Assembly: GCA_034530615.2 (NCBI GenBank)
Contig: JAVRCV020000018.1
Span: forward strand, 1 to 41,757
Direction: 5' to 3'
Length of the DNA stretch: 41,757 bases
Source of the DNA: Aulosira sp. ZfuVER01
GTDB lineage: Bacteria > Cyanobacteriota > Cyanobacteriia > Cyanobacteriales > Nostocaceae
Shown: piece after piece, positions 9,565 to 19,194 of the stretch
How the letters are laid out: each line of letters opens with the position of its first letter
Position numbering within the stretch: position 1 is the stretch's first letter
The notes under the pieces: model-generated
Databases searched by the model: none
What the model was told of the DNA's origin: nothing
The model's input: the letters and a program-made list of their open reading frames with translations, nothing else
Translations under genes and position numbers: made by a program

Positions 9565-10701
9565 TTAAGAGTTGTTATGACCAAGATATTTAGCCTTTAA
9601 TTCTTCTAGCTCATCATCTATTATGCTTTTACTAGTAGGTTGAGAAGTTGGATTTGCTGGGTTAATTTGTTTTTTTTGCGGCTTACCACCACCCATAAAT
9701 TGAGTTTTCAATTCCTCTAAATCTCGATCAATTTGAGTTTGCGATTTGCTGTTTCCAGCAGGTTGAGGTGTGGATGGCGAGATAGTAACAGGCTTTACCG
9801 ATATGGCTGATGTGGGTGCTAATGATAATTTTTGCAGTTCATTGAGAACTTCATCTGCTGTTTGATAGCGCCGGATGGGGATACTTTCTACCATCTTGTT
9901 GAGAATGCGACTCAAATCATTACTCACCGGAGTTTTTAAGTATTGCTGCCAAATCCAAGTGTCATTATTAATATCATAAGAATCAAAGGGCGATCGCTCA
10001 GTTAATAACCGAATACAAGTAACCCCCAAGCTGTAGATATCACTGGCAAAAATTGCCCGTCCCCTAATTTGTTCGGGAGCAACATATTCTGGACTACCGA
10101 TACTTGTACCAGTTCTATTGAGGGAGGTACTGGTGGCAGATTTAGAAGCACCGAAATCTACCAATACTAGTTTGCGATCGCTACTACGTAAAATTATATT
10201 TTCGGGTTTAATATCGCGGTGAATTACTTGTCTAGCATGGCAAAATTGCAGCACGGGCAATAAATCATCTAGTAACTGCTTTATCTGTATTTCACTAAAA
10301 GCGCCTTGCTCAACCAATTCCTGCGCTAAATTTTTGCCATCAATAAATTCTTGTACAAGATACTGTCTATCTTCTTGAGTAAAATATGCTAGCAGTTCCG
10401 GGATTTGGGGATGTTTGCCTAACTCATCCAACTGTACTGCTTCTTGGTTAAATAACTCCACAGCTTTTTGCACGGTATTAGTGCCTTGGGCTTGGGGGTA
10501 AAATTGCTTAATTACACAGCGTGGTTTTGAGGGTTTATCTTCATCTACCGCCAAGAAAGTTCTACCAAAACCACCTTGCCCTATAGGTTGAATAGCGCGG
10601 TAACGTTCTTTGAGGAGTAACTTAGCTCCACAAGTTAGACAAAACTTGACATCATCAGGATTTTCCGGTTTTGGGCAACGGGGATTAAGGCAGTAGCTCA
10701 T
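9565..10701 (-). CDS. Ser/Thr protein kinase with N-terminal 4-Cys motif
   Basis: YCLNPRC...FCLTCG, GQGGFG, HRDIKPEN, DFG, APE. Confidence 0.95.
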   Translation of the reverse strand: MSYCLNPRCPKPENPDDVKFCLTCGAKLLLKERYRAIQPIGQGGFGRTFLAVDEDKPSKPRCVIKQFYPQAQGTNTVQKAVELFNQEAVQLDELGKHPQIPELLAYFTQEDRQYLVQEFIDGKNLAQELVEQGAFSEIQIKQLLDDLLPVLQFCHARQVIHRDIKPENIILRSSDRKLVLVDFGASKSATSTSLNRTGTSIGSPEYVAPEQIRGRAIFASDIYSLGVTCIRLLTERSPFDSYDINNDTWIWQQYLKTPVSNDLSRILNKMVESIPIRRYQTADEVLNELQKLSLAPTSAISVKPVTISPSTPQPAGNSKSQTQIDRDLEELKTQFMGGGKPQKKQINPANPTSQPTSKSIIDDELEELKAKYLGHNNS

Positions 10702-11239
10702 GGTGGCGCTAAAAATCGCTCTTGTTTGTCTTTATTGTGCCCTGCGATCGCCATTTTTGAGTCTAACAGCTTGAACATGACCAAAAAGTGCTGAGTTGAA
10801 AGTGCTGAGTGCTGAGTCAGAAATGATTGTTGTCAGAGCAGATATGGTTCAGAGCAACTAAATTCAGTATGGCTCCTGTTTGTTCATAAAATGAAAAGAA
10901 TACCAGTGATACAGAACAACCTATAATGATATCTCTGGAGAACGTAGTACCAGCCATGCTGAAAGTTTACAAAAGATTAGGTAAGTATAAAAGCCTGTAT
11001 GAAATGGAATACGGTGTTTTTGTTACTACAGCTGACATTGCAGCTTCATGAAAAGCTTACTGAAATAACAAGATTTTTTTACAATCAAGAGGTATTTCTT
11101 TTTACTGTTCTTAACAGATTCTAGTTCATAGAAGCCAAGATATAAAAGCAATTTTAGAGTTTACTTGCTCTCAATCAGTTAAGTTATCAGATTTCGCCAT
11201 CTGCATTGACACCCCAGAAACGCACAAAGGTAGAAATAA

Positions 11240-11611
11240 ATGGCTAATAACAGACAAATTGCTTATCATCCAAGTCAACAAGGGTATATAAAGCCGATAG
11301 ACAAAACTGCATTGGCGATGATTCAGAATCGCCGTGCTGTTAAGCGTTTAAACGCGCAACAGACTATTGGCGATCGCATTTTACAAGCAATTACGATTTC
11401 TTCTATTTTGATTACTAGCTTGTTTGGGATCGGTGCGTTGGGATTTTGGGGACTAGAAATTATCGATGCTAATACAAAATCAGCAATCGTTAACAATCAG
11501 CAGGATTGGCAGACACGAAAGCATATCTGTTTAGGCTGGATGTTCGTGGGTTTGTCCAGTTTTCTGGGTAGTGCTTCGTTAGGTGGTAAGCATCAGCGAC
11601 GAGAGCAATAA
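11240..11611 (+). CDS. Hypothetical membrane protein with two hydrophobic segments
   Basis: 123-aa ATG ORF with AAAGGTAG upstream; two predicted TM helices. Confidence 0.6.
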   Translation: MANNRQIAYHPSQQGYIKPIDKTALAMIQNRRAVKRLNAQQTIGDRILQAITISSILITSLFGIGALGFWGLEIIDANTKSAIVNNQQDWQTRKHICLGWMFVGLSSFLGSASLGGKHQRREQ

Positions 11612-11624
11612 TTATCCCTGTACT

Positions 11625-12389
11625 TTATTCGTACTCGTCACGAATAATTGTCAAATCTAAAGCTTTATAAGCAGCCAGCATTTGATTAGATACTGTTGGT
11701 GCAGTTACCAGGTAAGTCAGTGCATGAATTGACTCCACTATATAAGGAGCTGCTGTGTCTAATTTTGCTGCTGTCACTAATCCTACTACCTCAGCCGAAC
11801 CAGCAATCATTGCTCGTTTCACATGGGCTTCGTCCAAGTTTGGTACACTAATCCCCACTTCTGGATGCAAACTGCACACCCCTAACATACACAAATCTGC
11901 ACGAATCATCCGTAATGACTCAATGGTGACAGTACCAACGTTCACTAAGGCTTTTTTGTAGAGTTTTCCACCTAGCATCACAACTTCTATATTTGGATGT
12001 TCGGCTAAGGCGATCGCAATTGGCGGACTATTCGTTACGACTGTGGCTGGCAAATCTTGAGGTAAATGGCGGGTGACTTGAAGCGTTGTTGTTCCCCCAT
12101 CTAAGATTACCACCTGCCCTGGACAAACTAACTTGGCGGCGGCACGGGCGATCGCTTCCTTTTCTTTGGGTGCTTGCTTTTGCCGATCTGCATAACTAGC
12201 GGTAGCGGGGGAAGTTAGCAATGCGCCACCATGAACGCGCTGCAATAGTCCGGCTTCTGCTAATTCTCGCAAATCCCGACGAATCGTATCCTCAGAAACC
12301 TTAAGCACAGCACTAAGTTCCGTTGACAGCACCTTTTTATCACGACGCAGAATTTCCAAGATGAATTGTCGGCGTTCAGCAGTGAGCAT
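11625..12389 (-). CDS. DeoR/GlpR family transcriptional regulator
   Basis: MLTAERRQFIL...VSEDTIRRDLREL...RVHGGA HTH and LDGGTTT; start set at ATG 12389 because the longer ORF extension runs through a repeat element. Confidence 0.93.
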   Translation of the reverse strand: MLTAERRQFILEILRRDKKVLSTELSAVLKVSEDTIRRDLRELAEAGLLQRVHGGALLTSPATASYADRQKQAPKEKEAIARAAAKLVCPGQVVILDGGTTTLQVTRHLPQDLPATVVTNSPPIAIALAEHPNIEVVMLGGKLYKKALVNVGTVTIESLRMIRADLCMLGVCSLHPEVGISVPNLDEAHVKRAMIAGSAEVVGLVTAAKLDTAAPYIVESIHALTYLVTAPTVSNQMLAAYKALDLTIIRDEYE

Positions 12390-12451
12390 AATTATTTTTC
12401 CTGAAGTTGCGTTTTTAGTCTTGAAATTGCACGTTTGTGAGTTTATACTTA

Positions 12452-12644
12452 TGAAGAGGAAAGGCAGAGGACAGGAGGCAGGAGGCAGAAGGTTGTTGAA
12501 AAGAGAAGTTCTGGCGTAACCTTTGCTCCACAAAGGTTTAAGCCGGCAAATCATAGATTTTGGTGGCATACAATTAGTGATGCTCTAAAGCCCAACAAAC
12601 TATTATCCCTTCTGCCATCTGCCCTCTGCCCTCTGCCTTCTTCA
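12452..12644. mobile_element. STRR-armed inverted-repeat (MITE-like) element
   Basis: (AGGCAGA/G)n left arm, (TCTGCCC/T)n right arm, internal hairpin AACCTTTG-CTCCA-CAAAGGTT; same architecture at 34263-34417. Confidence 0.6.
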
Positions 12645-12882
12645 CTAGCGGAAATGTGCAGGTTTCTGTACGTTTATTCGTAACTTCAATTGAATTCAAG
12701 CATATTCATGCACAATTAAATGTATTCATTTTGGCACGTGAGCGCGTGCCAACTCAAGCCACATGGTTCAATAATGGTTCCTAGTGGGCTGCTTTTGCTT
12801 GGGAAACGATTGGATATTTATTTTTCAGAAATTGCTCATAGAGTTGGTCTTTCCAAATTAGTCCCTATTTCAGAAATAAGCC

Positions 12883-14796
12883 ATGACTATTGCTAAAACC
12901 CAATTTCCTATCGATCTCGGTAATTACAAATATTTGGCACTCAATCCCGCCAATGCTACCCTGACGGCGGAACAGCGAGACACCCTAAAAGCAAATATTC
13001 AACTTTGCCGAGATGCGATCGTCTTTTTTACAGCCACAGGCGCGGCTAGAGGAGTGGGCGGTCACACTGGCGGGCCTTATGATACTGTGCCAGAAGTAAT
13101 GATTTTAGATGCCTTTTTCCGAGGCGCATCAGAGCAATTTGTCCCGATTTTCTTTGATGAAGCTGGACATCGCGTTGCCACCCAGTATTTAATGGCAACA
13201 CTGCATGGAGAATTACCAGCAGAGCAACTGTTACGCTATCGCGAAGCACATTCCCATTTACCGGGACACCCAGAATTAGGGCTAACTCCTGGTGTAAAAT
13301 TTAGCTCTGGGAGACTGGGACACGTGTGGCCTTACGTCAATGGTGTAGCAATGGCGAACCCAGGCAAAGTAGTTTTCTGCCTTGGTTCTGACGGCTCCCA
13401 GCAAGAAGGTAACGATGCGGAAGCGGCTCGTTTAGCTATTGCCCAGCATCTCAACGTCAAGTTAATTATTGACGATAATGATGTCACGATCGCCGGACAT
13501 CCGTCTAAATATTTACCTGGTTTTACCGTCGCCAAAACCTTAGAAGGTCATGGATTAAAGGTGCTGCAAGGAGATGGGGAAGACTTAGACGACTTATACA
13601 GTCGCCTTTGTGCAGCTGTAAATACACCAGGCGCGATCGCAGTCATCAACAAACGCCCCATGTGCCCTGGTATTGAAGGCTTAGAAGGTTCAACCCACGG
13701 TCATGATGTAATTTCCGTAGATTTGGCGATTAAATATCTCGAATCTCGCGGACAAACTGCGGCGGTCGAATACCTCAAAAACATCCAAAAACCCAAGCAA
13801 ACCTATACATTTCTTGGTTCCAGCGGCAAATGGGGAGCTAACCGCAACGTCTTTGGTGAAGCTGTGGTAGGTGTCCTCAGCCGCATGAGTGAAGCCGAAC
13901 GCAAAGAAAAAGTCTTAGTCATTGATAGCGACTTAGAAGGCTCCTGCGGATTGAAGAAAATCCACGATACCTACCCGGAAATTTTTATTCCCTCTGGCAT
14001 CATGGAAAGGGGTAACTTCTCGGCTGCGGCTGGATTTGGCATGGTCAAAGGCAAGCAAGCCATTTTCGCCACCTTCAGCGCCTTTTTGGAAATGTGCATC
14101 TCGGAAATCACGATGGCGCGGCTGAACAAATCTAACGTTCTGTGCCACTTTTCCCATGCTGGTATCGATGACATGGCCGATAACACCTGTCACTTCGGTT
14201 TAAATAATATGTTTGCCGATAATGGCTTGGATGATGGCTATGACACAAAGCTGTACTTCCCCGCAGATGTCAATCAAATGACAGCCTGTGTAGAAGCTGT
14301 ATTTTCTGACCCTGGACTCCGGTTTATTTTCTCCACCCGTTCCAAAGTGCCCAATATTTTGGATAGTAAAGGTAATGAATTCTTTGGTAGCGGTTACAAA
14401 TTCGTCCCTGGTAAAGATGAAGTTATCCGCGAAGGAACCCAAGGCTACATTGTAAGTTTTGGTGATGCTTTATACCGTTCTTTGGATGCTGTAGAACGTT
14501 TGCAGCAGGAAGGGTTAGACGTAGGTTTAATTAACAAGCCGACTTTAAATGTCGTTGATGAAGATGCGATCGCTAAAATTGGCAAAGCACCCTTTGTCTT
14601 AGTAGTGGAAGCCTTCAACCGTCGGACTGGCTTAGGTAGCCGTTTTGGTTCTTGGTTGTTAGAGCGCGGCTTTACGCCTAAATATGCTCACCTGGGAACG
14701 CATAAGGAAGGTTGCGGTGGCTTGTGGGAACAATACCCGTATCAGGGTATCGACCCCGTAGGCATTATCAACAAGGTGAAGGAATTAATCGCTTAG
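12883..14796 (+). CDS. Transketolase-like TPP-dependent enzyme (non-canonical subfamily)
   Basis: GGHTGG, LPGHPE, SSGRLGH, SDGSQQEG...DDN TPP motif, DSDLEGS, GIMER. Confidence 0.85.
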   Translation: MTIAKTQFPIDLGNYKYLALNPANATLTAEQRDTLKANIQLCRDAIVFFTATGAARGVGGHTGGPYDTVPEVMILDAFFRGASEQFVPIFFDEAGHRVATQYLMATLHGELPAEQLLRYREAHSHLPGHPELGLTPGVKFSSGRLGHVWPYVNGVAMANPGKVVFCLGSDGSQQEGNDAEAARLAIAQHLNVKLIIDDNDVTIAGHPSKYLPGFTVAKTLEGHGLKVLQGDGEDLDDLYSRLCAAVNTPGAIAVINKRPMCPGIEGLEGSTHGHDVISVDLAIKYLESRGQTAAVEYLKNIQKPKQTYTFLGSSGKWGANRNVFGEAVVGVLSRMSEAERKEKVLVIDSDLEGSCGLKKIHDTYPEIFIPSGIMERGNFSAAAGFGMVKGKQAIFATFSAFLEMCISEITMARLNKSNVLCHFSHAGIDDMADNTCHFGLNNMFADNGLDDGYDTKLYFPADVNQMTACVEAVFSDPGLRFIFSTRSKVPNILDSKGNEFFGSGYKFVPGKDEVIREGTQGYIVSFGDALYRSLDAVERLQQEGLDVGLINKPTLNVVDEDAIAKIGKAPFVLVVEAFNRRTGLGSRFGSWLLERGFTPKYAHLGTHKEGCGGLWEQYPYQGIDPVGIINKVKELIA

Positions 14797-14813
14797 ATAA
14801 AACACACTTTTTT

Positions 14814-15180
14814 TGTTGAGAATACCTGACCTACCTTATACAAATATGTTGGTAAGGGCATGGTAATTGGTGTCCACTTAAGCAAAAAGGAACCATAAGA
14901 TGTAATCTCAGAACATCTTGATTGATGTTCTGAGTGATACATCATGAGTAGAAAAAGTCCAGCGCGAAAAGGAAACCCGGATCTGCGGCAGCAAAAGCAT
15001 GTACCTTCCCCGCCGATAGAGGAAATCGACAAGCAACTATATTCATTGCTCTCACCAGGCAGCTTCAAGCCACTCAAGTTGTGTGAGGGCAAAGACAAGA
15101 AAAAATTGCGTAGGCGCAGCCCGCCGCAGGCATTGCGGTTACTAACATTGCCAGTGATGATGGTGGTGACAGCATTCACT
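14814..15180 (+). mobile_element. Internally deleted IS4-family relic with a transposase N-terminal fragment starting at 14944
   Basis: MSRKSPARKGNPDLR...PSPPIEEI...LLSP...LLTLPVM resembles, from recall, cyanobacterial IS4 transposase N-termini; similarity ends near 15165; 11-bp direct repeat CACACTTTTTT at 14803-14813 and 15181-15191. Confidence 0.7.
15111..15131 (+). repeat. 21-nt SDR-like insert in a HIP1-like site
   Basis: GCG|TAGGCGCAGCCCGCCGCAGGC|ATTGC; one mismatch to GCG^ATCGC. Confidence 0.75.
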
Positions 15181-15225
15181 CACACTTTTTTAGCTCACGA
15201 TAACTTTACTTTAGCAGCGATCGCC

Positions 15226-15254
15226 AAAAATAAAGGGTATGCCTCTGCATACCC
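15226..15254 (-). terminator. Intrinsic terminator for the HtrA protease gene
   Basis: GGGTATGC-CTCT-GCATACCC stem followed on the minus strand by TTTATTTTT. Confidence 0.7.
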
Positions 15255-15289
15255 CTAGTATCATAAATTAACTCAATACTCAGCGCTGA

Positions 15290-16504
15290 TTACGAAGCGT
15301 TTTGTAACTCAGCGGTGCGTACCGATAGCTGCTGTGTTTGATTACCCCGTTGGACTTTTACCTGCAAAACTTGACCGAGGCGACTATTTTCTACAACATT
15401 TTGCAACTGTTCCGCAGTAGTAATTGCTTGTCCATCAATTTGCACAATCACATCCCCGCGTCGGATACCCGCAGATGCAGCTGGAGAATTGGGTATAACT
15501 CTCATCACCAAAACACCGTTAACTTCTGGTATTTGAATGGGAGAGTTGGGATCTGTGTTGTTCTGCTTGGCTAACTCCGGTGTTAAAGATACCATTTGCA
15601 CGCCTAAATAAGGGTGAGCAACTTTACCTTCGCGTTGGAGTTGCGCGGCGATCGCTTTTGCTTTATCTATCGGAATAGCAAATCCAATCCCCATCGCATC
15701 AGCACGAATAGCGGTATTAATCCCAATTACTTCACCTGTACCGTTTAATAACGGCCCGCCAGAGTTACCAGGGTTAATAGCTGCGTCAGTTTGAATAAAC
15801 TCTAAGCGTTTATCTGTAATCCCAACTTGAGCGCTGGAACGCTTGAGGGTGCTGACAATTCCCAAGGTAACGGTATTATCAAATCCTAAAGGATTACCAA
15901 CTGCGATCGCCCAGTCTCCTACCTGCACATTACTAGAAGAACCCAAGGGTGCAACTGGTAAATCATTCCCAGCATTAATTTTAACTACTGCCAAATCTGT
16001 AACTTCATCGATACCTTGAACCTTACCGTCAAAGGTGCGACCATCTTTCAGTCGGACTGTCACGCGATCGGCTTTATCGACTACGTGAGCATTGGTGAGA
16101 ACTATCCCACTCTTATCAAGAATAAAACCAGAACCAAGACCACGCAATTGCTCTCTAGATGGCTGTTGTGAGAAACTATCGCCAAAAAACTGGCGGAAAA
16201 ATGGGTCTTCCATAAATGGATCAACACGACGAGTAATTGTGCGTTCTGTATCAATCCGTACCACTGCTGGCCCCACACGATTGACTGCTGCTGTCACAAA
16301 GCTACTGCTACCTATCGCCGCAGATGCTGGTGATTGGCGTTGAGCTAGCAATTCTGGTGTATTAGCAGTTGCAGACTTTGGCGCTGGTTCTGCTTGGGAA
16401 GGTAACACCCGCAGAGAAGTAAAAGTTAGCACAACTCCTAGAAATATGGCTAAAACATGGGAACTGAGTTGGCGTATAGACCGGGTTCGTTTGGGAAATA
16501 TCAT
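15290..16504 (-). CDS. hhoA: HtrA/Deg family serine protease with PDZ domain (HhoA-like)
   Basis: GSGFI, LTNAHVV, DLAVVKI, QTDAAINPGNSGGPL triad motifs; C-terminal PDZ; N-terminal signal segment; paralog assignment tentative. Confidence 0.85.
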   Translation of the reverse strand: MIFPKRTRSIRQLSSHVLAIFLGVVLTFTSLRVLPSQAEPAPKSATANTPELLAQRQSPASAAIGSSSFVTAAVNRVGPAVVRIDTERTITRRVDPFMEDPFFRQFFGDSFSQQPSREQLRGLGSGFILDKSGIVLTNAHVVDKADRVTVRLKDGRTFDGKVQGIDEVTDLAVVKINAGNDLPVAPLGSSSNVQVGDWAIAVGNPLGFDNTVTLGIVSTLKRSSAQVGITDKRLEFIQTDAAINPGNSGGPLLNGTGEVIGINTAIRADAMGIGFAIPIDKAKAIAAQLQREGKVAHPYLGVQMVSLTPELAKQNNTDPNSPIQIPEVNGVLVMRVIPNSPAASAGIRRGDVIVQIDGQAITTAEQLQNVVENSRLGQVLQVKVQRGNQTQQLSVRTAELQNAS

Positions 16505-16894
16505 AAATCACAACCTAAATCTAGAAGCGTAATTTTTACTTAGTCGTGACAAATCTATCTAAACTTATTTTTACAGCATCGATAAGAATACCTGCGTATT
16601 GACGCTTGCACTCTATTTCAGGTTTCACCGCCTTCCCAAAGTTTTATTCTTAGATAACTACTAAGATTAGAGGGAGTTGGCAAATTGTGATTATTCTTCC
16701 TCATCACCTTCATCTCTCAATTAATATCTTTGAAAACAACTCAGTAAGTTGGGATAGAACGTAAACTACCTGTAATCAAATTAATTGTATATTTAGCTCA
16801 AAAGCTATTATGGACATTCCCCCTAGCAAGGTTCGGATTTCACCCCACAATTGATATTTGTCAAGAGTCAAGAGACAATGAAAATTTGTCATTT

Positions 16895-16952
16895 CTCCCC
16901 ACACTCCCCACACTCCCTTGTCCTCCTTGTCCCCTTCATCCCCACTCCCCTC
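16895..16952. repeat. Nonamer STRR tract (CCCCACACT / CCTTGTCCC)
   Basis: CTCCCCACACTCCCCACACTCCCTTGTCCTCCTTGTCCCC. Confidence 0.7.
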
Positions 16953-16991
16953 TAGGCTAGTATCTTAGTTAGACCAGCACTTTGATAACCC

Positions 16992-17390
16992 ATGAATGGA
17001 TTAAACCGATCCCCTGAAGAATCCTTAACTACATCCCAGCAAGTAGAACACTCCCATAATCACAGCACAGACCACGAACATCCAGATCATCATGTGCATG
17101 GAGACTCGGTTCATCCTCACGTCCATAGTGAAGAGTCTTTACGGAAAATTGTGAATCGGCTTGCACGTATAGAAGGACACATTCGTGGGATTAAGACAAT
17201 GGTGCAGCAAAATAGCCCTTGTCCTGATGTTTTATTGCAAATTGCCGCAGTCAGGGGTGCATTAGATCGGGTAGCGCGAATTGTGTTAGATGAACATTTA
17301 ACGGAGTGTATTGCTAGAGCTGCACAAGAGGGAAATATTGATACTGAAATTGCCCAACTTAAAGCTGCTTTGGATCGGTTTTTACCTTAG
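16992..17390 (+). CDS. CsoR/RcnR family metal-sensing repressor with His-rich N-terminus (InrS-like)
   Basis: NRLARIEGHIRGI...CPDVLLQIAAVRGAL...EHLTEC; His-rich tail. Confidence 0.9.
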   Translation: MNGLNRSPEESLTTSQQVEHSHNHSTDHEHPDHHVHGDSVHPHVHSEESLRKIVNRLARIEGHIRGIKTMVQQNSPCPDVLLQIAAVRGALDRVARIVLDEHLTECIARAAQEGNIDTEIAQLKAALDRFLP

Positions 17391-17413
17391 AAAATAACAA
17401 ATTATAAACAATC

Positions 17414-17440
17414 ACCCTGGCGATTTGTCTTCACCAGGGT
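17414..17440. terminator. Hairpin between the repressor gene and menH
   Basis: ACCCTGG...CCAGGGT stem; no clear T-tract. Confidence 0.45.
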
Positions 17441-17459
17441 AATTAAATATGAATAGAAT

Positions 17460-18269
17460 ATGTCTCTGGCTAATTATAAATTTAACTACTCTTTAATTCA
17501 CAATCCCAATAAGCCACTAATTCTTTTTTTGCACGGCTTCATGGGTAACATCGATGAATTTGATGAAGCTATAAAATTACTATATGATGAATTTTCTTAT
17601 TTAACCATTGACCTTCCCGGACATGGCAAAACTCAGGTTTTGGGTAGTGATGAATACTATACAATGCCAAACACTGCTCAGGCTTTGATTAACTTATTAG
17701 ACGAGTTGCAAATTAATCAATGCTTTTTAGTGGGCTATTCAATGGGGGGTAGATTAGCTTTATACCTCACCTTGCATTTCCCGGAGCGTTTTTATAAAGT
17801 TTTACTAGAATCAGCTTCTCCAGGGTTAGTAACAGAAGCAGAACGATTAGAACGAATTAAAAGTGATTCTCAAATAGCAAGAAAATTAACCAGAAGTATT
17901 GAAAAAATAGATTTTAGTGCTTTTCTATCAAATTGGTATAATCAGCCAATTTTTGGAGATATCAAAAATCATCCAAAATATAACTTTATGCTAGAAAGTC
18001 GATTGCAAAATCACCCTTTAGAATTAGATAAATCTCTACGTTTTATGGGTACAGGATGTCAAACTTCATTGTGGGAAAAACTCAAAGAAAATAAGATTCC
18101 TTTGCTGTTACTTGCTGGTGAATATGATGAAAAATTTATAGATATTAATCAAAAAATGGCGGATATATGTAAAGTAGCCCAGCTAAAAATCATTAAAAAT
18201 GCTGGACATAACATCCACTTTGAAAACACACAAGAATTTGTGCAAAATCTCCGAATATTTTTAGAATAA
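17460..18269 (+). CDS. menH: 2-succinyl-6-hydroxy-2,4-cyclohexadiene-1-carboxylate synthase
   Basis: FLHGFMG, GYSMGGR, ESASPGL, WYNQPIF, GEYDEKF, AGHNIH. Confidence 0.88.
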   Translation: MSLANYKFNYSLIHNPNKPLILFLHGFMGNIDEFDEAIKLLYDEFSYLTIDLPGHGKTQVLGSDEYYTMPNTAQALINLLDELQINQCFLVGYSMGGRLALYLTLHFPERFYKVLLESASPGLVTEAERLERIKSDSQIARKLTRSIEKIDFSAFLSNWYNQPIFGDIKNHPKYNFMLESRLQNHPLELDKSLRFMGTGCQTSLWEKLKENKIPLLLLAGEYDEKFIDINQKMADICKVAQLKIIKNAGHNIHFENTQEFVQNLRIFLE

Positions 18270-18307
18270 GGCGATGTTCAGCCATGCGCTTTTAGTGTTG
18301 AATTTTG

Positions 18308-18343
18308 GATGGTGCGTTACGCTAAAGCGATAACACACCCTAC
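18308..18343. repeat. REP-like palindrome (GTAG at the minus-strand 5' end)
   Basis: GATGGTGCGTTA-CGCTAAAGCGA-TAACACACCCTAC; second copy at 35732-35766. Confidence 0.75.
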
Positions 18344-18391
18344 AATTTAATTGTTTAATGACAAATGACAATTAACAAAAAAAATCACAGC

Positions 18392-18856
18392 TTAACCAGG
18401 ATTGATAGGTAAATTTTCGCACTCTCTTTTAGTCACATAATGACGATAGCGAAACATAGCTTCTAGTTGTGCTTGCACTAACCAACCACTGATAAATTCA
18501 ACGCTTTCTCCACCAGGCATAGAGAAAGAAATATCATCAGTCAATCTAGTTTTACCATTTTCAGGTTCTAATTCATGCCTGTGTACCCAAGACTCAAAAG
18601 GCCCGGATATTTGTTCATCGACAAATAGGCGATTTTTTTCACATTGAGTGTGACGTGCTAACCAAGTCAAGGGTAAGGGGCCGAGAAAAAGACGAAATTC
18701 AGTGATAGCACCTACCTCCAGTCCTCCCTCACGGCGCATGACTTTGACTGGTTGCCAAGGTGGAGTTAGCATTTGCAAAATATCTGTTCTTTCGTGAAAT
18801 CTCCACACTACTTCTGGTGGTGCATTAATCACAGAGGTATGTTTAAAGTGCAGCAT
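18392..18856 (-). CDS. SRPBCC (START-like/cyclase) family protein
   Basis: INAPPEVVWRFH, LTPPW, FVDEQISGPFESWVHRH, MFRYRH. Confidence 0.88.
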   Translation of the reverse strand: MLHFKHTSVINAPPEVVWRFHERTDILQMLTPPWQPVKVMRREGGLEVGAITEFRLFLGPLPLTWLARHTQCEKNRLFVDEQISGPFESWVHRHELEPENGKTRLTDDISFSMPGGESVEFISGWLVQAQLEAMFRYRHYVTKRECENLPINPG

Positions 18857-18993
18857 GGAAGCGAAACCTAAAATTCAACCAATAATTACTAATTCGTAAT
18901 TTGTAATTCGTAATTAAAAAATGCTGGAACACCAGATTTTTATAAGTTCCACTGTGATGATTAGTGTAGTGGCTATAACGTAATTACAAATTG

Positions 18994-19182
18994 TTAACCT
19001 TCGTATTCGGTATCAATTTCAATATCTAGGGTGTCTTCATCAACCCTGACATACAAAATATTTGGGTTACAGCAAACTTGACAATCTTCGACATAAGATT
19101 GCTGTCCGCCAGCACTTAAATCAATAAAGGTTAAGTTTGGTTCACCGCAATAAGCGCAGTAATACTCAGCTGTTGTTTGCAT
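18994..19182 (-). CDS. CPXCG-motif small cysteine-rich protein
   Basis: CAYCGE...QSYVEDCQVCCNP. Confidence 0.88.
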   Translation of the reverse strand: MQTTAEYYCAYCGEPNLTFIDLSAGGQQSYVEDCQVCCNPNILYVRVDEDTLDIEIDTEYEG

Positions 19183-19194
19183 TAATTTTGTAAT

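Noticed and set aside
12390..12569. 60-aa N-terminal extension of the DeoR ORF
   Set aside because: It translates the STRR element (LLPPASCPLP); family similarity starts at MLTAERR
13046..14442. Antisense ORFs within the transketolase gene (and similar ones in the kinase, htrA, aroC, CHAT and frmA genes)
   Set aside because: Shadow ORFs opposite well-supported genes
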